Assembly: GCA_904063045.1 (NCBI GenBank)
Contig: CAJFCJ010000013.1
Span: 912,156 to 976,155, forward strand
DNA length: 64,000 bases
Origin: Dimorphilus gyrociliatus
Taxonomy: Eukaryota > Animalia > Annelida
Direction of reading: 5' to 3'
The first letter of the stretch is position 1; every line of letters begins with the position of its first letter. Below are positions 39,961 through 52,242 of the stretch, in pieces. The notes under the pieces are model-generated. The model made no database searches, was not told the DNA's origin, and saw only the letters and a list, made by a program, of their open reading frames with translations. A program made the translations under genes and the position numbers.

Positions 39961-40443
39961 ATGAATACCAAAAGGAAAATAATAGTTTTAGACCCTGTTC
40001 TTGAGGTGCAAGAAGATGAAAAACAGCCAACTTCTTCGACTAGTTCAAAGTCGGATTCCGGGTCCGGCTCTCCGGCTAGTATGACCAGCCCTTACGAAAA
40101 TAAAGCAACTCCAACCAGGCCGCCTACACTTTCAACGTCAAAAAAACGTAAATTATCCAATAATTTGAAGAGCAGCTTAAAGCGTCTGAGAGAAACGGTT
40201 GGAAAGTATCCAAAACGTATAACTTGGGAAGAAGAGCCAAAAAGTCACTTTTCGCAGTCGGCTAGAAAAAACGTTACGTTTGACCCTTATCTGGACGAAC
40301 CTGTAGTAGAACGAAAATCAAAAGGAGATTCTAATACTGATAAGAAGAAGACTATAAGTCTCAACATTATGCAGAATCTGGAGCCGAGCAAACACGAAAG
40401 ATACATTGATTATTTGGATGAAGATGAGTCTTGGCCGTTCTAG
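39961..40443 (+). CDS. Intronless orphan, about 160 aa, disordered Ser/Lys-rich protein with RVxF-like motifs
   Basis: ATG at 39961 in ORF 39802..40443; more GC-rich than its flanks; KKRKLS (NLS-like), KRITW, RKNVTF; no recognisable domain. Confidence 0.6.
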   Translation: MNTKRKIIVLDPVLEVQEDEKQPTSSTSSKSDSGSGSPASMTSPYENKATPTRPPTLSTSKKRKLSNNLKSSLKRLRETVGKYPKRITWEEEPKSHFSQSARKNVTFDPYLDEPVVERKSKGDSNTDKKKTISLNIMQNLEPSKHERYIDYLDEDESWPF

Positions 40444-41513
40444 GTAACTGTCTATGTTTGATTATGTTATTATTAAAGTCTATAGTTTATTAGTTGTCTA
40501 TCTTATTGAATTTAAATTCTCATTTATTCCTTTATCATTTATTTTTATATCTAAGTTTTGTTATTTTTTGAATGTTTTATATTATTTCAATTATGATTGT
40601 AAAAGTGTATATTATATATACATGTGCTATATTTTATTATCATATTAATATTCAATAGTATAATCGTGATAGGATCCTGTTTTTTTATAAAAATAAATTT
40701 ATTTATCCTTTATCAAAATAGGTGTAAATTGCGGGCTCTTTCAAGGATGTTGATTTTTTTTTTACACCAAAGGCTGATCCGTGTCTTCTTTATCTTATAT
40801 TTTTAGAAGTTCTATTCCATCTTATGATTTTTAGTTCTTTTTTAGCTATATTCTTAAAAGAACTTACGCCAATCAACCGGCTAGTCTAGATACTTTAAAC
40901 TACTCTCTATCTAACAGGTTGATATGCTTTTCTATTAGTTTATCTTTGTTTGTTCCAAAAACATTTTTCTTTTTACTTCATCATCTGATTTACTTCAAGG
41001 TCTGTAACATCATTTTCTCTCCTTGAATAAGTTCTTATAGTTTTCATTAAGAATGGCATGCTAGATTTTAGGAACGTTTATCCTAACATCATATTATCGT
41101 CCTTAAAATTAATTCCATAAACGAATGTTTCGCTTCGAATATTAAATGGTTTTTAAACAAGAAATCCACTTACGTTGAATACATTTCGCTTAAATTCTTA
41201 AAGAGGATAACAAATAGCTCAGGTATTAAAGACCCATAAGATTATTGTAATCTGACTAGATATCTTATTGAATAATATTAGTATAATCATACTAATTATA
41301 ATATGTATCTTTTTGTATTTCAAAGAAATTCATAACAATAAAATTTGTGTCATTAAAGAAATAAACACTAATTAGAGTGCCTTATTCTCTAAGTATTGCA
41401 AGTATTGTAGATATTTCTATGTGATGGTTGTTTGTCGTATCCATGCAATCATTTGTGATTACATTAAAAGAGTAATTTGTATGAGTTATTTATTGATGGT
41501 AAACTAGACAGAA

Positions 41514-44500
41514 TTACATTATTAGGCATGCCCGACTTTTCGTCTTTCGATTACCGGACAAAAGCTCCTGAACCATCATCTTCTTAGGAGTTTCGATGGA
41601 TTGATTAGAATCAGTATTCCCTCTTGATTCCAATTTCTTTTCGTTTCTTTTCTCTAAATAGTTGGCGCCTTCAACTGCTATTTCGGCTCCTTTAAATTTT
41701 CCACGGATTTCAACGCTTTTTCTCCTATCTTTTATTTTATCTAGTATACCAATTGAAAATTGTTCATCTTTTGTCTGAATGGGAGTTTGTTCTTGAATAA
41801 CTTCTTTGTTATCTATCAAATTTACACGTAGTTGTTTCTGATGTATATTACAAAGCCAGGCTAATTTTCCATTAGTCATTTGACATTTAGAAAGAGGTTC
41901 AACCGCAGTTCTTTTAGGCTGATTTTTTGCCTCCATATTATTTATAGACGTTAATAACGAATTATAGCAGCTCTCAACGTCCAGCTCTTTATTCTCTTCG
42001 AATACGGATTTGGCGTAATTCAACGCTTTACCAACCATAGCGTCTCCCTCTTGCGTATTGAGAATGAGTAGAGGAATTGCTGTTTGTTTCAATATTAAAT
42101 ACAATTTGGCAAGGTAACCACACCATTTTCTAAACGTATCATCAACTTCGTTACTTTGCCAGTCGATAACCCATTCAATTTTATTGTTTTCCGGTGGAAT
42201 GTGCCATCCCTAAATAGGTAAATGAAACGATATTAGGCGGAGATTATCCAATGATAGAAATAAGCTTACCTCATCGTATTCGCACAAGAAAAAGAAACAA
42301 TATCCCACTATGTCATTGTCCTTTGAGTCGTTTGAATTCCTTTTTAAAAAGTCAATTACTGGTAGACGAGGTAGTTTTCCCTGACAGAAGACTTTGTCAA
42401 AAGAGGATAAATATCTAACAAACTTCCTTTCAGTCAGTTCTAATAGTTCACTAAATTCTTTCTTTTTTGATATAGTGTTATTGGATGATGATTTCTTTGG
42501 TTTATCTTCTTTGTTCTCTATGTAACCCTTAATCAATTCAATTATCTTTTTAGTATCTTCTTCCAAAGAAATCATATCGAATTTAGGATAATCTAATCCA
42601 AGCATCCCGACTTCAGATTTAATCCATCCCAAACCACTTCCAACAATAACGATAATAACTGGTAAACGTAAAGTTAGAGCTGCAAAACGAAATTCCATAA
42701 TGCAGTTTTTCGATGTGACGTACTCTTCCGATACGCATGCAATCACAACTTTAGCCATTTTGAGACCTTCCGCAATATCCTGATAAAGACCAGCTTGACC
42801 AACTTGTTCAATATCCATCCAACATCTAATTCCGGCTTCTTCGAGTTTTGTTTTTAAATCCCTGGGATCAATCCTGCCAAGAGCGGATTCTATCAATTTC
42901 GTTCCTTTTTTTACAGCCTGTCTAGAGTTGCTCCACGAGTAGCTGATGAAACAATGAGGTTGAGCCTGCCTTTTTTCGCAATCGTATTCTTTACAAATAG
43001 ATTTCCTCAAATCTTTCATTTTTGTATCAAAATTCTTAAACTCTTTCATATTAACATAAACCTGAAAATACAAGAAGAGATCGTAAAAAATTGATTCAAG
43101 TCGATAAAAATAACAACAGCATCAGAGCACAAAATTCCAATATCGGGATCCTTTTTCCAATTTTCATTGTTATCAATTAAGACTAATCGTATCTTAGCAT
43201 CAAATTGTTTCTTTGCGTAAAGGAAAAGCTGTTTACAAGTTTCATTACAGACAAATTTATGAGTCATGAAAACCATAATAGTATCCGATTGTTTTAACGA
43301 CATAATCGTCTCTTCAACTTGATTTTCTGATTCTTCGTTGTAGCTCGATCTTTGAAGATTAAATTAAAGGATGATAAGAAAGTCATTTAAAAAAAATTTT
43401 ACGTACACAGACACTTCGGTATCTTCCAAATTTTCTTGTATCATCTCCGGAGTTACAATATCTCCAGATTCGGCAGTAGTTTTATAATCTTCCAAACAAT
43501 AAAGAATAGCAAGATTATTTTTAATAGATGATTTCATCTTTTTAAGATCTCTTAATGAGCTTTGTAGTTGAGAGTCAAAATCTTCATTATTTTCTGGAGG
43601 TAACATATCTAGAGGGAAAGATAATTCAACAGGATTAAATGATAATTTCATTTATCAGCTATTTTAATAATTTTACTTTGTAGTTGATTTAAGGATAAGG
43701 TATGAAAATTATCATAACATTGCATAAATGGTATCTTGAAATCTAAGGCTCTTCGAATTCTCGTAGACGGTAGCATAGATGGTTCGGATAATCCGTGACG
43801 TACGCATTCACTACAAGGAACGTGATAATCGTATTTTACTCCGACAAAAGATTCTGCAATTAGGTTTTCGAATACTTCGTGAACCATAAACAAAATATTC
43901 TCTGGTCGTGGTCCTCGAACTTCAACCAAAACCGTTGATTTGCTATAATCGATAGTTGTAAATATTTTACATCATTTCTATTCATTAAAATGTCGATTAT
44001 ATTGTTACAAACTCTGTTTTTTTAATAAATCCTCTATGGATATTTTTCCTTAGAAGAGAGCCGTCTTTCCATAGTTTCAATTCATCACTGTATTGATGGA
44101 GCCTTACTTGAGCTCTATTAAAAAGTCCGGATGGAAGATAATCGAAATTGTAAATCATTTTCGTTTGAACTTCTTGTTCGCCCAAGGTATCTCCTTCCCA
44201 GAAAGTCTTTATAAGCAAATAAGTCCATTTATATAGTATATATAAAAAAAAAACTATAAATGGCCTACTTCAGTATCAATTGATGGAAGGAGACAAGGAA
44301 TTAAATTAGCCGATCCTGATTTTAAGGGAAATGATAAATCAAATTCTTCCGTTAATCTAATAAGCCAATAGTGCAGTTCGGATGGATAAATATTGGTAGG
44401 CCATACTTTATTTAGGTCACAATGCAACAGTTTTCCATTCTTCAAACGTAAAATTCATAATTAAATAGTCATTATCGAAAAGGAAATTCTCTAATAGACC

Positions 44501-47500
44501 TACTTTTACGGCATTATCATGAACGGAAATGACGCAAGCCATCACATCGACAATCCATTGAGGATTGATGACTACTTTATCCTTTAGAAATTCATTTTCA
44601 AAATGTTGTAGGGTTCCCAACTCGTGTAACAAACGAATCGCTTGAAACGTCTTAATTAAATCGAAGAAAGAGAGAGAGAGAGAGAGAGAGAGATAGAGGG
44701 AAATAGATGATAAATTAATAATTTGGAATTACTAACTAGTTGGAATTTACCTCAAATTTATCATTAAATCCAAACATTGCCCCAAAACCAATAACTTCTT
44801 CCAACGAGAGAAGACTGGTAAAGACTCTGTATCTATTATAAAAGATAACGAAATGGCAAAAGATTACATATGAATTTTTCAATTCAAAATCCAATTTACT
44901 CAATGATTTTATTCTCAAAATCCAACCAAATTTTAGGTATCTTTTCATTCATGTATTGCTGTTGTAGTGTAACTTCAACCATATTATCAACAAGTGTATT
45001 CACACCCTTTAGTAAAGGTTATATATATATATATATTGTATATACTTGTAAAGATGGTACAATAAATCTACATACTTGACCTGTTTTTGATGAAACGTAA
45101 TGGAATCCTTTGATTTGAGGATATCGTCTTTGAAGATGATGGATAGTTAATTCAGCTTTCTCAACCTAAGAGAGAATTGTTTTATTGTAAAATACGGCGG
45201 AGTGGATAAAATTAAAAATGAACTATACTTCGTCTATATGAGAGCCCACAACAAAAATTGGAGCTTTCGGAGCATGACATTCAATAGAACTTAACCAAAA
45301 TTCAAGACCAGCGTGCTCATGGCCTAGCCGACAATTCCATAGGAGAAAATAAACAGCTCTATTCGAAAGGAAAAATTGATGGGTGTTATAATAAACTGTT
45401 TGTCCGGCAAAATCCCAAATTGAATATTCAACTGATTGAACAAGCCACTTCTTTATTGTAATTCCATCAGTAACTGTTGTATTTATAGTATCATGACGAT
45501 CGTCATCAGATTTCTCTTTCATCATTCTATTGATAAGGCTGGTTTTCCCCGCACCTCCCAAACCTACCAACATTAATTTTGTTCTTCTACATTGAGTTGA
45601 ACCTTGTAATAGTCTTCTCATATAACCCTGAATAAATTTTAGACCTTTTACTACAATTTCTCTTGGAGGTGTTTTTAGTGCAGGGCAATTCTTCAATCGC
45701 AAGATTTCTATTGGAAGATGGCAAATTTCGGCGCTAACCTCCTCAAGAACAAAATTATTGGATAGATCTAAGATTTTCAAGGAAACCAAATATTTAATAC
45801 TGCTGTCCAAGACTTGAAAACTTTGATATTGCAATTCCAAAACAGTTAAGCTTTGACAAATCGTATTGTCTTTACACATATTAAATTTTAAATTTGAAAT
45901 TCTGGGTAATTTAGAATATAATCCAGAGCAAAACAGCTCCATCTCTTCCGTTGTCCATGAGTTACTATTCTGTAAAGCGGTTTCTTTAATCAATTCCTCC
46001 AAAGCATTATTATCCAAATTGAACTTGTTAAGATGCTTCCAATGTTGATGTGCTAATTGTCTAACATCATCCGTCAAGATTGATTTATTGATTCTATCCG
46101 GCATATAACCAAAAGCGTTAAATTTGAGTGTAATCAGATTTGATAGACGAAAGATGACCAATGGAAATATACTAAAAACGTTATATGATATAATTAAGAC
46201 CTCTAAATTATTTAGTTCAGCCAATTCGTCGGGCAGAGAATTTATAGGTAGGGAAGATAAATTTAAATATGTTAATCGCTTAAATGCACAAATTATCATT
46301 GGAAATGCTTTTAAAGCAGAGCACTCTGTCACTTCTAAGTGTGAAATTGTTGGTGCTAATGAAATTAGCTCTTGTGGTATATCTTCTATATCGATACCAT
46401 GCAATTTTAACGCTGTTATTGAGCTATTAACAAACGTAGTTAACTCTTCCTTTGGTATATCCACAACTTTCTGATTTAAAGAATGATGAAAATTACAAAT
46501 TATCTTTCGTTCACCTATCTTTATGTATTTTCGTTCGTTTGAGAAATAGGAAAAGCATTTTCTCCATTTTTCACTTGGGGATTCTTCAGACTTATCAATT
46601 TTCTTTGTTGTAGATAAACATTTTATAATCAAAAATGAAAAATAGAATAATAGCTGAGCCATTTCACAAGTACAATCTCTCTATTTGGACGAGGAGAATA
46701 TTTTGATAAAATACGCATCAATTATTTTATCTAATATTACGAAACTTACCATTTCATGATCTTCAAACTTCCAATTAGAAAACACTATAAACGATAAATT
46801 TTCCATTTGGGGACTATATTCTTGAGTCTGACCTGCACTTTTAATGATATGCTTGGTACGATGATTATTGTCCTCTGATTCGTAGCAGAAGGCATACGGT
46901 ATTAGCGTTTTACTTTTTATTATATCCGATAGAAAGGGTAAACATGTATCTCTCAGTTCATTCCTCATTAGAAAACCAATTGGATATTGAGCTACTGTTA
47001 TTAAATCTTTAATACTTCGAGAAAGACGCCCCTTTTTCTCAATGAAGTCTGTTTATGGAGTAAAAAAACAAATAGAGATTCAAATGAGCATAATCTATTT
47101 ATTTACCAACCCCTAGCTAGATTTTTATTTTCTGAATAAGGTTGCGCAACCAACTCGGTAAATCGTTTGTTTATATCCGGTTCACTTAATTTCTTAATAA
47201 CTTCTTTAGGAATTTGTTCGAACGCCATACACTTGATGAACTCTTCCCAATCAAGTTCTCTATCAGTAGTATCTTTTTGTTATAAATAAAAATCAATACG
47301 GCATTTCATTTTGATGAAAGATTAATAATAATAATAAATTGTATACCTATAAAGATATTTTTGCAGTATTCTTTTAATATCAGCAACGACAGTGATTTTA
47401 AATCTACCCATTTGAATTGTTCTTTAAGCCAACAATGGCTTATTTTAAGCTCTTTTTTATCATAACAGATATCACCTATAAAAATTAAATAAGATAGAAA

Positions 47501-50500
47501 GCATTTAAAAAGGGATTGTATTATTCGTACATATCGTAGCAATAGTAGCCTTAATAGATTTATCTTCTTTCTCAGCCATTACTTGAAACTTTTGTCCAAC
47601 CGCAATTTTATTTGGGGCTAATTCGTAGTTAATCTTCTACAAAACGAATATATAAAAGAAAACAGAATAAGTAAGATTTAGTTAAGTTAAACGAAGAGAA
47701 ATACTTACTGGAGCAAAAGTAAAATCTATATCGCTATTCGCAGCCAAATCCTCTCTAGTTTGTATAATCAATTGATAATAATCTTTAGGAACGTCTATAC
47801 AATCAGTAACTACATTATCAAGAGAAATTTTCATTTCAATTTCGTCACTATTCACGTGGAAATGATTTTTCGGATGATGTTTATATAATAATTGAATCTT
47901 TAAAAATGATAATTCGGCATAATACATTTTCCTTTGTATTCTTTCTCGATTATTCTTCCAAGATATTTCGTATCCATGATTTACAGTGTCGAATAGAAAC
48001 TGTACCGTATTCCTAGAGTAAGATAAAATTTTGTTTATAGGGATAAGATGAAAAATTTATTCAAACCATACATTTCTGATCTGAAAAGAAAAGAGCAATT
48101 AATTATTGATTTGAAATAAAATCCCATCGCCAACAACCCTTCGACCCTACCATCCCTGCCTTATTAGAATTACTATACATACATTAGAAGTATACTGTGT
48201 TTAACAGTTATTGGTCTTATTTTGAATGTATGGAAAAATAGCGGATCCATTAATGTTTTACAAAAGTATTTCTTTATTTTATAATCTTTGTTGGGATTAA
48301 TATTCATTGTTCTCAAAGTAAACTTTGAATTTTCTTCATCAGTAAAGTATATATCATCCATAGAAGATGGATTAAGTTCCTTACACATTTTCCAAATTAA
48401 ATGCGTTCTTAATGAATTCTCTTCTCTTACATCTTTAAACGATGTATAAAATACTTTAAAGTTATTAACTGTCAAATGAAGAATTAGGTAAAGATTGAAT
48501 GAAGAATAGGATTTATTTTAGATATACAAACAAAACGATAAGTTCTTCTCATCATCATAGTTTAGTTCGCTGCCCCATGGACTATCTAGTGTTCTCTTAT
48601 AAGAATAATAATAATAATTTAATTATAATCGATAAAGAAAAGTTTCACTCTTCTCACCTTGTAATATATTGACGACCTGTAAAATGCAAATTCAATAATT
48701 GTTGCTATTTCAAATAAAAAGCCAGCTATTAATGATGGCGCCTCTGGGAAGTCAAGAGTAGAACATATTACTTCTACATCAGAATTTCCCTCAAAAGAAA
48801 TGCAAGTTTCTACTGGACCATCATGAAGAACAATTCTTCCCTTTCTGAGCTGAACCAGGTAACCAAATGGATGCCCAATTTTGTACACTGAGGTAACCAA
48901 GTACAACAATAATCTGTGTAGTTCATCTGTATAAAGTTGACTGCAAATATGATAGTTCAGAATGACTGAGGTAGCTTCCTTTAAATTCTATACATGTATA
49001 TAGAGATATGCATAGAAAAATGAAAAACATCTTAGTATTTAAGTACGAAAACAAACTTTGCAATTTTCATACGCAGCTTCCGGTTCGGGTAAATCGTTTG
49101 AAAGGACACAGCAATTTGGAGATAAATCTAATACTAATCCCAATTGACAAAAAATATTCTTATTCAAATTAATTTCTTTCCTAGTCTAATAAAATGGAAT
49201 TGAAATTTATTATAATCATGTTAATTTAGTAAGGAAACAATTTAGGATAAGAACCAATAGATGACTGCTTTCAGCAAACGCTTTTGTCATATTCGTACAA
49301 ATTGGAGTATCCTTTGTTAAGAAGTAATACTCTCCTTTAAGATCATCTTGACATGGCTTGGAGTTTGCTTTAAGGGTTTCGAGAACTTTCGACAACCACT
49401 GTCGGCAGACAATGTGATAATCTTCATAGAAAAGTGACTTTACGAGCAAAATGAGACCCTGATTGACAAAAATTCCCTAAAAGAAGAGAACATTAAAAAA
49501 CTATGAAATTACGATCTTGTCGAGAAATTGCACAGCCTTGAAGTAGGGAAACCGATACATCGCCATAGCAATATCTGTACTGTATGTATTATCCAAAGCT
49601 ATTTCATTATACTGAAATCTAAAATCTAGGATATCTCGACGGATAATCCTCCTTGAATTAATAGCAGGTGCGTCTAGGTATGAATTATAATTCTATTATA
49701 AATCACATATAAACATTTTATGCCTATTACCTTGGCCAAATGAATCAACTGGAATAGTTTTAACAATTTCGTCTAGTGAAATAAACTCACTCTTTGTCTT
49801 TGTCATCTTCGCAAGTTTATCTCGTAACGACTCAACATTAGGGCATGTAGTCTTTAAATATTTAAGGTACAAATAAATAAGACTAAAGGCTATAATAATA
49901 ATAAATTAAATCGAATACCTTGAGATATCCTCTAGAAGAAGTTAAATTAACCGCCAAATTGGAAATCACTGTTGATAATGACTTTGAAGAACTTAAGTCC
50001 TTATTTCAAATATACTATATAATAGAGTAAAAGAATTATTTTAGTACGAAATACCTTTTGAAAATTTATCAACTGAGGCTGAAGATTTGAGTAGGAATAA
50101 AGCTCATTTTGGCTTAAAACCTCAGACAGAGCCAAATAATTATGTAAATTACGTTGATCTTTGAAATCCATATTTGCCAAATGATCTAATCTATACATTT
50201 AAAGGATTGCTTGAATAAAGTTTTTAATTAATTATCAATTCATTACGTTATCCGCCGTATTACGTTTTGCATTTCCTCTCTTCTTCCTTTTAACTTCTCT
50301 GATATTGAATTAACTTTTTTTGGTGCATTGCGATCAATTTGTAGTTCTTCTTCATTACTAGAATCATCACTTAACTCTGCATCACTATTTTCTTTCACCT
50401 GTTCTTCAACAAGGACTGCGGTAGGTATATTACTTTTTTCTAGAACCTCCCAGAAATTAATCAAGGGGAAATGTCGCGGAAGTAATTTCTTAAATGAAAA

Positions 50501-52242
50501 AAAGGGAAGAGATGAAATCTATTATAATAGGATGTTAATATTATACTTTGGTTATCATATATTCTACGATATTGCTACAAGCATCGATAATTCTGTTCTG
50601 ATCAAAATTTTTACATATCGGTACTATTATCAAACATTTATCAGTAGATATTAGAGGTAGGAATTCCTGGAATGGGTAAGAAACAAGAATTTTAATATGT
50701 AATATATGAAAAGTATATCCTCAACCTCGGAACATTCGTAATAAATGGCCGAGTCTATTTCGAAAGAGCGAAATGAATCGAAATCTTGAAATTTAATTTC
50801 AGACTTCAAAAGATAATGTTTTAGGTCAAATCTAGGCCATTTTCTTTCCTCAAACGGTCCTTCATACATTGATCTAAAGTGTACAATGACAATTTTTTTC
50901 TCCCTCACAGATCGTTTTTTGTGAGAAGCAGTAAGATCTTTTATAAAAGAAAAAATAAACGGAAGAGTTTGTCATTAATCGCTGAAGTTTAAAAAAAGTT
51001 TTCGATTTCTTCGTACCGTATCGTTTCGTTTCGCTTTTTATTGTAACTAATTCCAGAGGATCAACATATGGGTCAAGAGATCTCATATTTACGGTAAATT
51101 TTAGCATTTCTCGACTGGGAATAGCTACAGCATCTAAATTCAGATACTGTTGAAATAAATGATAAAATTAAATTGTATAATTGAATGAATATCTAACCTT
51201 GTTTTTACTCCAAGTCGAAGGACTTCTCATTATGGAACTAAGTTCGAAAAGGGTCCAGGAAGCTAGCTTTTCGCAGTTTGAAAGGTGAATCTAGAAAATA
51301 ATTAGATTAAATTTAAGAAAAACAATATCAATTTTCTAACATTTGCTATCAACATTTTTGAATTATTCTTCACTATCCAATAAATAGCCCAATCAGTTAA
51401 TGAACTACAGCCATGTAGTTTAAGTTCAGTTAATTTCGTATTTGCCTGTTACAAGAAAATATTTGTTTTAAATAAGAAAAGCATACCAGTTAGATAATAA
51501 GTTTTACTTGTGATTCTTCATCGTTTGGGAGTGCATAATAGAAGAATAAATCGTTTATAGTTGAAAGATTCGTCACGTTGACTGTGGTAAAACTCATCCT
51601 CAATAGTGAAGTAGTTCTAAGCAAATTCTTGAGAAAAAGATAAATATAAGATTTGAATTGATTTTTCGCAGAGACTACTACTCGACTTACATGTGGATTT
51701 TCGCTTAAAATTGCGTGAATACACACTTTCGATGACGAAAATATAACAGGGTTTGTTAGCAAACTATCAGTTATTTCTGCTGCTGCAAACTCCTCTGGTT
51801 GTTTCGAAGGAAGTGTCGAAAATTTTTGTGGTGTAATTCGTGTTTTAAGAACACCGTGTTGTTTAATCCCTTTTGATTTCGTTTTATCTTTTTTTACTGC
51901 TTCTTCGGGAGTAGCAAGTATTACATTTTCACCTTCTTCAGTCGGTTTGTTACTTTCCTTTTCTTCAACAGATTGTTGTGTATTTGCACCTTCATCTTCT
52001 TCGGAAGGTTTGTTCGCTTCCTCAGGAACAGTTTCCTTTTTCTGATTTGAATCTTCTTCGGAAGGTTTGTTCGCTTCCTCAGGAACAATTTCCTTTTTCT
52101 GATTTGAATCTTCTTTGGAAGGTTTGTTCGCTTCCTCAGGAACAATTTCCTTTTCCTGATTTGAATCTTCTTTTGCCGATTCAATACCTTCAGCCTCCAA
52201 TTTATCGGTAGTAGGAGGAGCAGGACCTTCTGATGCATCCAT
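41514..52242 (-). CDS. Giant ROCO protein B, paralogue of A with the same domain order; multi-exon
   Basis: ATG at 52242 (MDASEGP...). LRR + Roc (KLMLVGLGGAGKTSL, WDFAGQ, VGSHID) in ORF 45223..46662; COR LHELGTLQHF...INPQWIVDVM and YNFDYLPSGLFNRAQVRL; TIR HCFISYSWSN...CIMEFRFA; MBT-like IAVGQKFQVM...LDWEEFI; ends KSRACLIM*. Confidence 0.8.
44669..44692 (+). repeat. (AG)12 microsatellite forming the pyrimidine tract of a ROCO B intron
   Basis: Perfect dinucleotide run; reads (CT)n on the coding strand near the acceptor. Confidence 0.9.
51995..52170 (-). repeat. About 3 copies of a 57-bp coding tandem repeat (19 aa, EDSNQ[K/E]KE[I/T]VPEEANKPS[E/K]) in ROCO B exon 1
   Basis: GGAAGG anchors at 52003, 52060 and 52117 (period 57); units nearly identical. 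Confidence 0.95.

Noticed and set aside
26422-46810. Identical hexapeptide MENLSF in ROCO A (26422) and ROCO B (about 46800)
   Set aside because: The positions are non-homologous within the two proteins, so this is treated as coincidence.
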